From positions 243,972,001 through 244,036,000 of the forward strand of contig NC_086097.1 of the NCBI RefSeq assembly GCF_963921235.1: a DNA stretch of 64,000 nt. Direction: 5' to 3'. This DNA comes from Mobula hypostoma. Its lineage: Eukaryota. A program made the position numbers and the translations under genes. The notes under the pieces are model-generated. The model was not told where the DNA came from. It worked only from the letters and a program-made list of their open reading frames with translations, and ran no database searches. Shown here in pieces: positions 37,745-49,090 of the stretch (the first letter of the stretch is position 1; every line of letters starts with the position of its first letter).

Positions 37745-38146
37745 TGCAAGGTGAGGGGGGATCTGATTGAAACGTATAAGATCCTAAAGGGATTGGACAG
37801 GCTAGATGCAGGAAGATTGTTCCCGATGTTGGGGAAGTCCAGAACGAGGGGTCACAGTTTGAGGATAGAGGGGAAGCCTTTTAGGACCGAGATTAGGAAA
37901 AACTTCTTCACACAGAGAGTGGTGAATCTGTGGAATTCTCTGCCACAGCAAACTGTTGAGGCCAGTTCATTGGCTATGTTTAAGAGGGAGTTAGATATGG
38001 CCCTTGTGGCTACAGGGGTCAGGGGGTATGGAGGGAAGGCTGGGGCGGGGTTCTGAGTTGGATGATCAGCCATGATCATAATAAATGGCGGTGCAGGCTC
38101 GAAGGGCCGAATGACCTACTCCTGCACCTATTTTCTATGTTTCTAT
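37745..38146 (+). mobile_element. Young CR1 (HER1-like) 3' fragment inserted in an older CR1
   Basis: Open frame RGDLIETYKILKGLDR...WNSLP and (TTTCTATG)n tail. A reverse copy lies at 44153-44372. Confidence 0.9.
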
Positions 38147-38561
38147 AACAGGCATAGATAGAGTGGATAGAGACTTTTTGCACAGGGCAGAAATAGCGAA
38201 AAATACAAGGGGGCATAATTTTAAGGTGATTGGAGGAAAGTATAGGGGGGACATCAGAGGGGAATTTTTACACAGATAATTGTGGGTGCATGCCAGAGGT
38301 GGTGGTAAAGGTAGATAATTTAGGGACATTTAAGAGAATCTTAGATAGGCACTCAGATACTCTGCCCAAAACAATAAAGACAAGCACACCAGACACCATC
38401 TTCACCATTCTATCTACTTGGCTGCGATGATGGTGCTGGGTTTTCCGGCAGCGAAGTACTAAACTCAAGCAAACATCTTAAACTCTATCTGAGATAGATA
38501 ACTATGGGTACCCTCACTGAAGGGGGGTGGTTATACTGCAGCCACCCAAACTTCAAAGGCT

Positions 38562-39515
38562 AGATCAGAATCAGCTTCAACATCACTGTCATATATTGTG
38601 AAATTTGTTGTTTTGGTGCAGCAGTGCATTGCAATACATAATAACAAAAAATCTATAATTTACAATAAAAAATGTATCAAAAATTAAATAAGTAGTGCAA
38701 AGAGACAGCAAAAATAGAAGAAAAATAAATAGTGAGGTTGTGTTCATGGATTCAATGTCCATTCAGAAATTGGATGACAGAGGGGAAGAAGCTATTCCTG
38801 AATCATTGAGTGTGTATCTCCAGGCTCCTGTACCTCCTCCCTGATGGTAACAATAAGGAGAAGGCACATTCGGCATGATGGGGATCCTTAATGATGGACG
38901 CTGCCTCTTTGAGGCATCTCCTTTTGAAAGTGTTCTCGATGCTGGGGAGCATAGTGCCCATAATGATGTTCGCTGAGTTAGCAACTTTCTGCACTTTTTC
39001 CAATCCTATGCAGTGGTCCTTCCATACCAGACTGTGATGCAACCATGTAAAACTTCACGAGACTCTTTAGTGACATATTATGTCTCCTCAAGCCCCTAAT
39101 GAAATATAGCCATTGCCGTACCTCCTTTGCAATTGCATCGATGTGCTGGGTCCAGAAAAGATTTTTAGAGATGTTAACACCCAGGAACTTGAAACTACTC
39201 ACCCTTCCCAGTGCTGATCCTTCAATGAGGACTGGTGTGTGTTCTGTCAACTTTCCCTTCCTGAAGTCCTCAAACAATTCCTCGGCCATATTGATGTTGG
39301 GTGTAAGGTTGCAACACCACTCAACCAGCTGATCTATCTGGTTCCTGTACGCCTCCTCATCACCATCTGAAATTCTGCCAACAATAGTTGTGTCAGCAGC
39401 AAATTAATAGATCGCATTTGGGCTGTGCCTAGCCACACAATCATGGGTGTAGAGACAATAGAGTACTGGGCTAAGCTTGCGTCCTTGAGGTGCACCAGTG
39501 TTGACTGTTAGTGAG
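38562..39515 (-). mobile_element. Rex1/Babar RT 3' part
   Basis: Peptides NTGAPQG..LSPVLYCLYTHDC and VSSFKFLGVNISKNLFWTQHI. Confidence 0.9.
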
Positions 39516-40629
39516 TAGGCAGGGGGTAGTTTTTCAGCTCTGACTGGGGGTCCCAGTGAGGAAGTCAAGTGCCCAGTCGCAGAGGGAGTAACGGCCTGCA
39601 AACCCTGCCAGTGCTGATGTGCATTCAATTCCATCTAACTTCAATCAGAATTGTTTTCTCACTCTTAAAATAGCCTTTTGTGGGCTGTAGCTGAACTACT
39701 TGTCTCGTTCTGCATCTGAGGCCACAGGTCTAGGCCTCAGCAGAATGTGAATCTCCTGGTTCATCCACAGATTTTGGTTGTGTATGTCCGGTAATTTCAC
39801 ATACTTGTTTATCCCCCACAATGAGTTTAGCTGCCAATACCCTCTATTTGAGCGGTGGGTCCCATACACCCTACCAAGGAGACAATACTTCCAGTTAACA
39901 AATTAGTTTAAATCCAGTTCATTTATTTTTTGATACAAGTTTAAATGCAGACAAAATTCTTAAAATGCATTTAAGACTCACAGAGGTTTTCATCTAAAAT
40001 TCTATATCAGTTTCTGAAATACAAAGGATTCCCAAAACACAGTGCAGTTCCTATAAGCTAAAAAGACTTGCCAATGAGTTGCAGATGCACAAATTGTCAA
40101 TTGCAGAATCAAAGGCAGAAGAATGGATTCTAGTTATTCCAGCTTTCTGTCATTCTTCTTGCTGTCCCTTGACCATTCCTAACAAGCCTGGCTGCTCTCT
40201 GATATTTAGACTGTTTTATTTGCCACCTGGGTGACTTCAAACACATGATATTTGTCAGATACCTTTTCGCACAGATGGTCTAAATGCTTCTTGCAACAGA
40301 ATTCACAAGCACGCAACATCAATGCTGTGAATTGACCCAACATTGATGCTACGTACCCTCTGAGTATACAAATAGAACTATTGATAGATCATCTATTTGA
40401 TGTGCTAAGTGATAGTATCAATTTTGTCTGCAATCTTCCTCGAACTAAATAACTTAGCCTGTGTTGTCTAGTTGATACAGGCCAATTAACCTTACCCCAT
40501 TGTCTTACACTGCACCTTTGAGCAGCCAGCCCTGTACTGTGGGCCAGCAAGTCTGTGCTCTGTCTGCTTGCAAAGTTGTCCTTTTAACTTCAGACTGATT
40601 ATTGCTTGCCATTTACATTAAAAACTGTG

Positions 40630-40918
40630 AGCACCAGCGGTTAGCACCACGCTATCACAGCTCAGCGTGTTCCGGAGTTTGGCGTTCAATTCTGCCGCCA
40701 TTCCGTAAGGAGTCTCTGTACGTCCTCCCCGTGGAATGTGTGCATCTCCCCCAGGTGCTCCAGTTTCCTCCCACAGTCCAGAGACATACCAGGTGGGTTA
40801 ATTGGTCTTTGCAAATTGTCCTGTGGTTAGGTTAGGGTTAATTGTGGTTGTCAGGGTTGCTGGAGCAGCGTGGGTCAAATGGCCAGAAGGGTATATTCCA
40901 TGCTGTATCACTAAATAA
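40630..40918 (+). mobile_element. tRNA-derived SINE
   Basis: A/B-box-like head (AGCGGTTAGC...GTTCAATTC), SINE core and TAAATAA tail. Confidence 0.75.
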
Positions 40919-41994
40919 GTAAACTGAAGATGGGATCCTATTCACAGCAAGAAGCTTGGAAATGTAACAGACCCAAAAGCAACCCTTTGATCTCTGAAAG
41001 TATCAGCTGCTTTGTTAGAAAGCTGAGCTTGGCAACAAAGAAGAGCCCCGTGGACCTGGACAGTGCACTCCCATCACACTGGACATAATCATTGAGCTGT
41101 GGACTTGCAAAAAAATGGAAAAATCTTGTTTGTTTAAAACAGTTTGTTCCATGCTCGGAACCGAAAAGCATTGTTGTGTGTTGTATCTTCTCCAAATTGC
41201 ATTTCTGAATGAAAACCTTAGACACAAACACACCCACATAATACAACACTAGTTAGACTACAGAGCACATACCTCATGCAGTGTTGAAAAGGTGTGATTA
41301 CATCTGATGGGAGAACCATATCTCCTTCATTAACAAAAAGGCTCAGCGGAGGACGTACTTCTTACAGCCGTCAGTAAAAATCCACCTTCCCCTGAACATT
41401 CAGCTGCAATTCCACACTGCCGTCACAGAGAGCATCCTCACATCGGCCATTACTGTCTGGTTCAGTGTAGCATTCGCTCATGATATACAAAACAACAGTG
41501 AACAGTCAGGACAGCAGAAAAGGTCATTGGCTGTAGTCTACCATCACTGAAGAGCTTATTCACCTGCGTCAGCCACTTCCTCTGGTATAACCCTGGGTAA
41601 AATGTTGCCTCTCTGATCCCTATCACACCTTAAATTTACACCCTTTAGTTCTTGATTCCCCAACTCTGGGAAAAAGACTGTGCACATTCACCCTACCTAT
41701 GCCAGTCATAATTTTAAACACCTCTATAAGATCACCTCTCAGTCTTTTTATTTTTTAATTATTGAGATACAGCGTGGAATAGGCCTTTCCGACCTTTCAA
41801 ATTGTGCCACCCAGCAATCCCTCAATCCAATCCTAGCCGAATCATGGGTTAACTTACAATGACCAACTGACCTACCAACCAGTGTATCTTTGGACTGTTG
41901 GAGGGAACCAGAGCACCTGGAGGAAACAAAAATAATTGTTTCACAAAAATGCCTCCAGGATCAAAAGGCTTATCATATGAGGGGTGTTTGATGA

Positions 41995-42956
41995 CTCTCA
42001 CTGGAATTCAGAAGAATGAAGGAAATCTCATTGAAACCTATCGAATGTTGAAAGGCCTCGATAGAGTGGATGTACAGAGGTTGTTTCCTGCGATAGGGGG
42101 TCCAAGACCAGATGACACAGGCTCAGAATAGAGGGACATCCAGTTAGAACAGAGAGGAGGAGGAGTTTCTTTAGACAGAGAGTGCTGAATCTGTGGAATT
42201 CGTTGCCAAAGGTGGCTGTGGAGCCTAAATCATTGGGGATATTTAAGGCAGAGGTTGATAGATTCTCGACTGGTCAGGGCATGATGAGATATGGGAGAAG
42301 GCAGGAAATTGGAGCTGGGAGTAAAATTGGTTCAGTCATGAAGAAATGGTAGGGAAGACTCAATGGGCCAAATAACCTAATTCTGCTCGTATGTCTTATG
42401 GTCTAATGGTCTTTGGACAGTGGGAGGAAGCTGGATCACCCAGAGAAAACCCACGAGTTCCACGGGGAGGATATACAGAGACTCCCTACGGAGGATGACA
42501 GGATTAAAGGCCAACTCCTTGATCTGTAATACAAGGGGTAATTCATAAGTTCGTGGCCTAAGGTAGAAGATGAGTTCTTAACTTCAAACTTTCTGCATTT
42601 TCACTCAAAGAGTTGAACTGCACGTGCATGTAACAAGAGCTGTATAACTCATCTCTTTCTACCTCAGGCCACGAACTTATCAATCACCCCTGCTGTGGAC
42701 CGCCTCTACAAAGAAGGGATCTGTATGCCCCACGACCGCTGGACTGAGTGTGTAAATGTAGGAGGGGACTATGTTGAAAAATAAATGTGCTAGGTTTTCT
42801 GAAATTGACAACTTCTACCTTAGGCCACAAACTTATCAATCACCCCTCGTAGTGTTGTGTCAGCCACTACAGTACCGTGGCACCTTGTTACTATAAGTCA
42901 CAATAAGAAATATATACGTATAAGTAAGTAGTGCAAAAAGAGAGATAGTGTCCATG
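41995..42956 (+). repeat. Local duplication, copy A (CR1 3' end + SINE + Rex1 tail)
   Basis: Collinear with 45281-45976 across two repeat junctions. Confidence 0.9.
42532..42849. mobile_element. Tc1/mariner MITE
   Basis: About 38-bp TIRs (CAAGGGGTAATTCATAAGTTCGTGGCCTAAGGTAGAAG / CTTCTACCTTAGGCCACAAACTTATCAATCACCCCTCG) with TA TSD. Absent from the duplicate copy at 45870. Confidence 0.92.
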
Positions 42957-43139
42957 GGTTCATAGTCCATCCAGAAACCTGATGGCGGAATGGAAGAAGC
43001 TGTTCCTGGAACATTGAGTGTGTGTTGTCAGAACTGTCTAAGTGAGCAGTGCACACCACAGCCATTTCATATTAATACATCTTCAAGGTGCCAGTTGAAC
43101 CAGAATGAGGTGTATTCTAAACAAGAGAAAATCTGCAGT

Positions 43140-43615
43140 ACAAAGCAACCTACTCAAGATGCTGGAGGAACTCAGCAAGTCAGGCGGCATCCATGGACAT
43201 GAACAAACAGTCGACATTTCAGGCCGAGACCCTTCATCAGGACTGGAAAAGAAGGGGGAAGACTCCAGAATAACGAAGTGGGGGGAGGAGGACGAGGACA
43301 GGTTAAAATGTGAAGCCAGCTGAGTAGGAAAGGTGGAGGGCTGGAGAGGAAGGAATCTGATAGGAGAAGAGAGAGGACCATAGGAGAAAGGGAAGGAGGA
43401 GGGGACCCAGGGGGAGGTGATGGGCAGGATTGTAGAGGTAAGAGGCCGGAGGAGGGAATAGAAGAAGAGGAAAGGGGGAGGGAATTTTTTTACCGAAAGG
43501 AGAAACTGATATTCATGCCGTCAGGTTGGAGGCTACTCAGATAGAATATAAGGTGTTGCTCCTCCAACCTGAGGGTGGCCTCCTCTTGGCACAACAGGAG
43601 ACCATGGACCGATAT
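43140..43615 (-). mobile_element. Penelope-like 3' fragment
   Basis: Minus strand encodes EEQHLIFYLSSLQPDGMNISFS (GIY-YIG C-terminus), then the pLTR. Confidence 0.85.
43208..43245 (-). ncRNA. Minimal type I hammerhead ribozyme motif
   Basis: Minus strand reads CAGUC-CUGAUGA-AGGGUCUCGGCCU-GAAA-UG-UC-GACUG: intact core, stem I CAGUC/GACUG, stem II AGG/CCU, minimal stem III. Confidence 0.75.
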
Positions 43616-44152
43616 GAGGTGTATCTTCACTGACGTATGACATGAAGTTTGTTGTTTTACAGTGCAAAGTCAAAAAATCAGAATCAGAATGAAGAATCAT
43701 GATTATTGTGATATATGCTGTGAAATGTTTTGCTTTGTGGCAACAGTACAGTGCAATCATAAAAATTACTATAAATTACAGTGAGAATATGTAGAAAAAT
43801 GATTGCTGCAAGAGGAGGTGAAAATAGTGAGGTAGTGTTCACGGGTTCACGGACGATTCAGAAATCTGATGGTGCAGGGAAGGTTGTGTATCTTCGGGCT
43901 CCTGTAGCTCCTCATTGTTGGTAGTAATGAGAAGATGTCATGTCCTGGTATGTAAGAGTCCTTCATGATTGTATATTTTTGTTGTATGTACCGAGGTACA
44001 GTGAAAACCAGCAACCTGTCCATAGAGATCAATTTATTACAACACTTCAAAGTTCAAAAGTTCAAAGTTCAAAGTACACTTTTTTTAATCAAAGTACATA
44101 TATGTCACAATATGCTACCCTGAGATTCAGTTTCTTGTGGGAATTCACAGCA

Positions 44153-44372
44153 AATAGAAACATAGAAACATAGAAACATAGAAAATAGGTGCAGGAGTAG
44201 GCCATTCGGCCCTTCGAGCCTGCACCGCCATTTATTATGATCATGGCTGATCATCCAACTCAGAACCCAGCCTTCCCTCCATACCCCGTGACCCCTGTAG
44301 CCACAAGGGCCATATCTAACTTCCTTTTAAACATAGCTAATGAACTGGCCTCAACAGTTTGCTGTGGCAGAG
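44153..44372 (-). mobile_element. Young CR1 (HER1-like) 3' end
   Basis: (ATAGAAAC)n tail, near-identical reverse complement of 37935-38146. Confidence 0.9.
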
Positions 44373-44809
44373 AATCAATGAAAAATCACACACAACAAAG
44401 ACGGACAAACAACCAATGTGCAAAAGCCAACAAACTGTGTAAATACAAATATAAAACAAAGAAAATAATAAAAAAAAATAAATAAGCAATAAACATCATA
44501 TCCCATATGGGAGACTGGTCCAAAAGGTTAGAGGTGATGCAGTTCAGGTTGGCAAAGTTAGCTGAGCACTAAGAGGCTGAGGGTAATGTTGGGGTGTTGT
44601 TTTGGTAACTGGAAGCCAGGATTCAGTAGTGCATCACAGTGATGGTGCTGGGACTCTTACTGTTAGTTTGCAATTTGGTATGAATTTTGGATGAATGATC
44701 AGAAAGTTTGCCTGACAACACAAAAAATAATAGTGTTGTTGATACTGAGGAGGACAGGATGATATTGGACAGTTGGTAACATAAAGATAAGGATAGGCTT
44801 TATTTGTCA

Positions 44810-45185
44810 CTTGGGTGGCAGGGTGGAGATACATCCCAGCCAAAGGAGGAGTGGGTGCTTCTTCCTTCCATTATCCTGCAAGTCACCCTTGGGCAAGATG
44901 CAGCACCTACTGAGTGCCCACCCCACCCCAGACCAGGGTCACGTGAAGCCATGGGGGCAGCTGGTGGATGGTTGTATGAGCAGCTGGTGCATATCACAAG
45001 TCCTGATTATGCAACCACTGACGCCAGGCAGGCAATCTCTGAAGTGTATTGATAATGGCTGGGGTCTCGTGTCTTGAAAAGTCACTGCCCAGAAGATGGC
45101 AATGGCAAACCTCTTCTGTAGAAAAATTTGCCAAGAACAATAATGGTCATGAGATCATGATCGCCTACATCGTACGACAAGGCAG
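44810..45185 (+). mobile_element. RTE/BovB-tailed SINE-like repeat, most complete copy
   Basis: The 3' end GGCAATGGCAAACC...TTGCCAAGAA resembles BovB/Sauria-type tails. Five copies in the window. Confidence 0.7.
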
Positions 45186-45280
45186 ATAGTACAACATGGC
45201 GACATAAATACATCAATGCGTGGTGTCCAGGCTGGAGAGGGTGCTGCGCCCCAGTGTTTGCTCAGCAGAAGACAAGCCTG

Positions 45281-45976
45281 CTCTCACTGGAATTCATTGA
45301 AACCTATCGAATGTTGAAAGGCCTCGATAGAGTGGATGTGCAGAGGTTGTTTCCTGCGATAGGGGGTCCAAGACCAGACAACACAGGCTCAGAACAGAGG
45401 GACATCCAGTTAGAACAAAGAGGAGGAGGAATTTCTTTAGACAGAGAGTGCTGAATCTGTGGAATTCGTTGCCAAAGGTGGCTGTGGAGCTGAATCATTG
45501 GGAATATTTAAGGCAGAGGTTGATAGATTCTTGACACAACATACATCAAAGTTGCTGGTGAATGCAGCAGGCCAAGCAGCATCTGTAGGAAGAGGTGCAG
45601 TCCACCTTGACTGGTCGGGGCGTGATGAGGTATGGGAGAAGTCAGGAGATTGGGGCTGAGAGTAAAATTGGTTCAGTCATGAAGATATGGTAGAGCGGAC
45701 TGAATGGGCCAAATAGCCTAATTCTGCTCGTATGTCTTATGGTCTAATGGTCTTTGGACAGTGGGAGGAAGCTGGAGCACCCAGAGAAAACCCACGAGTT
45801 CCACGGGGAGGATATACAGAGACTCCCTACGGAGGATGACAGGATTAAAGTCCAACTCCTTGATCGGTAACAGTGTTGTGTCAGCCACTACAGTACCGTG
45901 GCATCTTTTTACTACAAGTTACAATAAGAAATATATGCGTACAAATAAGTAGAGCAAAAAGTGAGACAGTGCCCAT
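45281..45976 (+). repeat. Local duplication, copy B
   Basis: Collinear with 41995-42956, lacks the MITE, and has its own pLTR-fragment insert near 45535-45606. Confidence 0.9.
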
Positions 45977-46169
45977 GCTTGCATCTACGACCAGTGTGGT
46001 CTGAGGATGTGCTGAGGGTTTCCATGCTTCTGACGCTAACACAGCATGCCCCCACCACACCAAAGCCAGCACATACGTCTTCGGAATGTGGGAGGAAAGT
46101 GGAGCCGGAAAGCACGGCACTAACCAATACACTGCTGTCTGCAACTCATCCCCCCACTTTGGCTTCTAC

Positions 46170-47730
46170 CGGATAGTGAGGGGATCATCGATCAGAGTTA
46201 CAGACACCCCTAAGTTGCAGGAGGTGGGTAACTGGGTGACTGGCAGGAGAAGGAATAGGATGGTGAATAGGCAGTTAGCACAGAGCACCCCTGTGGCTAT
46301 TCCCCTCAATAACATGTATACTGTTTTGGATACTGTTGTGGGGCATGCCTTCCCAGCTTCCACAGAGCTGGCACTGAGCGTGGGTCCGTGGTGCAAAAGG
46401 GAAAGAGGGAGAAGAGGGGAACGGTAGTGATAGGGGCCTCAATAGTCAGAGGAACAGACAGGAGCTTCGGTGGACGTGAACAGGACACTCAGACAGTATG
46501 TTGCCTCCCAGGTGCCAGGGTTAGGTCTCAGATTGTGTCCACAGAATTTTGAAAAAGGAGGGAGAGCAGCCAAATGTCTTGGTAGATATTGGTACCAACG
46601 ACATAGGAAGGAAAAGCAAAGAGGCCCTGAAGGAGAATTTAGAGAGCTAGGTAGAAAGCTGAGAAGCAGGACCTCCAGGGTAGTAATTTCTGGATAGCTA
46701 CCTGTGTCACACGCCAGTGAGGGTAGAAACGGAATGATTTGGCAGATAAATGTGCAGCTGAGAAGCTGATGCAGGGGGCAGGGCTTCTGGTTCTTGGATC
46801 ATTGGAATCTCTTTTGGGGGAGGTGTGACCTGTACAAAAGGGATGGGTTGCACCTGAACCCGAGGGGGATCAATATTCTTGTGGGCAGGTTTGTTAGAGC
46901 TGTTGGGGAGGGTTTAAACTAACTTGGCAGGGAAGTGGGAACCAGATTGAAGGGATTCAGGATAGGACAGATGGTAAAAAAATAAAGATAGCATGCAGTC
47001 AGACTGTTAGGATGGACAGGCAGATGATAGGACAAAATTGCAACCAGCAGGGAGAGTATCAGTGCATCAGGGATGCAGAATGATAAAGGGTAGCAAATAC
47101 AGTTTTCAAAGTGTTATATCTCAATGCGTGGAGTATAAGAGATAAGGTGGATGATCTTGTTGCTCTTTCACAGGTATGATAATGATATGATATTGTGGGC
47201 ATCACTGAATCATGACTGAAGATTGGTTGTAGTTGGGGGCTGAATGTCCAAGGTTATACATTGTATCACGTTATATTGGAGGGATAGGAAGGTCAGCAAA
47301 GGGAGCGGCGTGGCTCTGCTGCTAAAGAATGGCAGCAAATCAGCAGAAAGATGTGACTTAGGATCGGAAGATACTGATCGGAAGGGTTGACCCTGACGGC
47401 AATGTTTCCCATGGGGGAGTCTAGGACACGAGGGCTCAGCCTCAGGACAGTGGGGCGTCCATTTAAAACAGAGATATGGTGAAATTCCTTTAGCCAGATG
47501 GTGGTGAATTTATGGAATTTATTACAATAGGCAGCTGTGGAGGCCAAGTCATTGGGTGTATTTAAGGCAGAGATTGTTAGGTTCTTGATTGGACACAGCA
47601 CCAAAGGTTATGGGGAGAAGACTGGGGAGGGGGGCTGAGGAGGGGAGAAAAAAAATCAGCCATGGTTGAATGGCAGAGCAGACTCAATGGGCCGAATGGC
47701 CTAATTCTTCTCCTATGTCTTATGGTCTTA
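46170..47730 (+). mobile_element. CR1 with ORF1 and endonuclease start joined to the 3' end (RT missing)
   Basis: Esterase remnants, ORF1 end LHLNPRGINILVGRFVRAVGEGLN*, KVLYLNA, then a jump near 47375-47400 to the 3' terminal region and TATGGTCT tail. Confidence 0.88.
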
Positions 47731-48361
47731 TAGTCATAGTCATACTTTATTGATCCCGGGGGAAATTGGTTTTCGTTACAGTTGCACCATAAATAATAAA
47801 TAGTAATAGTAATACTACTATTAGTAAATAGTAAATAGTAATAGTCATAGAAATAATAAATAGTAATAGAATAGTAATAGAAAATAGTAATAAATAGTTA
47901 AATAGTAATATGTAAATTACACCAGTAAATTATGAAATAAGTCCAGGACCAGCCTATTTGCTCAGGGTGTCTGACCCTCCAAGGGAGGAGTTGTAAAGTT
48001 TGATGGCCACAGGCAGGAATGACTTCCTATGACGCTCTGTGTTGCATCTCGGTGGAATGAGTCTCTGGATGAATGTACTCCTGTGTCCACCCAGTACATT
48101 ATGTAGTGGATGGGAGACATTGTCCAAGATGGCATGCAACTTGGACAGCATCCTCTTTTCAGTCACCACCGTCAGAGAGTCCAGTTCCATCCCCACAACA
48201 TCATTGGCCTTACGAATGAGTTTGTTGATTCTGTTGGTGTCTGCTACCCTCAGCCTGCTGCCCCAGCACACAACAGCATACATGATAGCACTGGCCACCA
48301 CAGACTCATAGAACATCCTCAGCATCGTCCGGCAGTTGTTAAAGGATCTCAGTCTCCTCAT
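47730..48361 (-). mobile_element. Young Rex1/Babar 3' fragment
   Basis: Open frame MRRLRSFNNCRTMLRMFYESVVASAIMYAVVCWG...SFLPVAIKLYN, (TATGAC)n tail, (TAGTAA)n microsatellite in the UTR. Confidence 0.9.
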
Positions 48362-49009
48362 GGTCTTTTTCTGTCCTGTTGCCATTAATAACCTGGATGT
48401 TCTCCCCTGCAGAGCTCTAGCTTGTTGCAAATCCTACTTCACAGCCAATTACACGTTTCTGAGGAGCGTGCTTGATAACTTTGTCCGGAGAGACAGCGCT
48501 GTGGGAATATTGCACTGTCTGAGAGGGATCGATCCCAACAGCAAACAGCTTGCCCTCTGCTGCTGCAGCTGGTTACGTCCCTGTGCTCTCCAAACGCAGC
48601 AAAACTGAACACAAGTAGACCAGGAAATCACTCTTAACACCTGAATGATAGTCGAAAGCATTGTAAGGATCCTCAGGATGAGATTCCACTCAGGACTAGA
48701 CCTCTTTAACAGCCTGATTTACAGGTCCAATTGCCTTGATTATAACACATGATTAATAGCCTGCTCATTCCAAATACGTGCAGCTACAATACCTCTATTT
48801 GCTGACAAATGGCGCTTCACTTAAAGAACACAAACCCCCACATTCGTTTCTGTTCAGATACTCTGTTCATTTGGTGTAATCAATGCTGTAAATAATTATC
48901 CTTTCAAATGCTATTCTTTCAATAATTTTGATAATATTTAAGACATGCAAGAGGCAGAGATTGGGTAAATAGCCAGAGACATTTTCCCCAGGGTAGAAAT
49001 GGCGAAACA

Positions 49010-49090
49010 CAGGGGTTCCCAACCTTTTTTTATGCCACAGAGCCTTACCATTAGCCAAGGGGTCCATGGACCCCAGGTTGGGAATCCCTG
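49010..49090. mobile_element. Mini hAT-type MITE
   Basis: TIRs CAGGGGTTCCCAACCT...AGGTTGGGAATCCCTG, interrupting an old CR1 tail. Confidence 0.85.

Noticed and set aside
40630..40700. tRNA gene
   Set aside because: The A/B-box-like head runs into a SINE body and I cannot fold a cloverleaf.
40938..41249. 103-aa minus-strand ORF as a gene
   Set aside because: No recognisable domain, and the length is within chance expectation.
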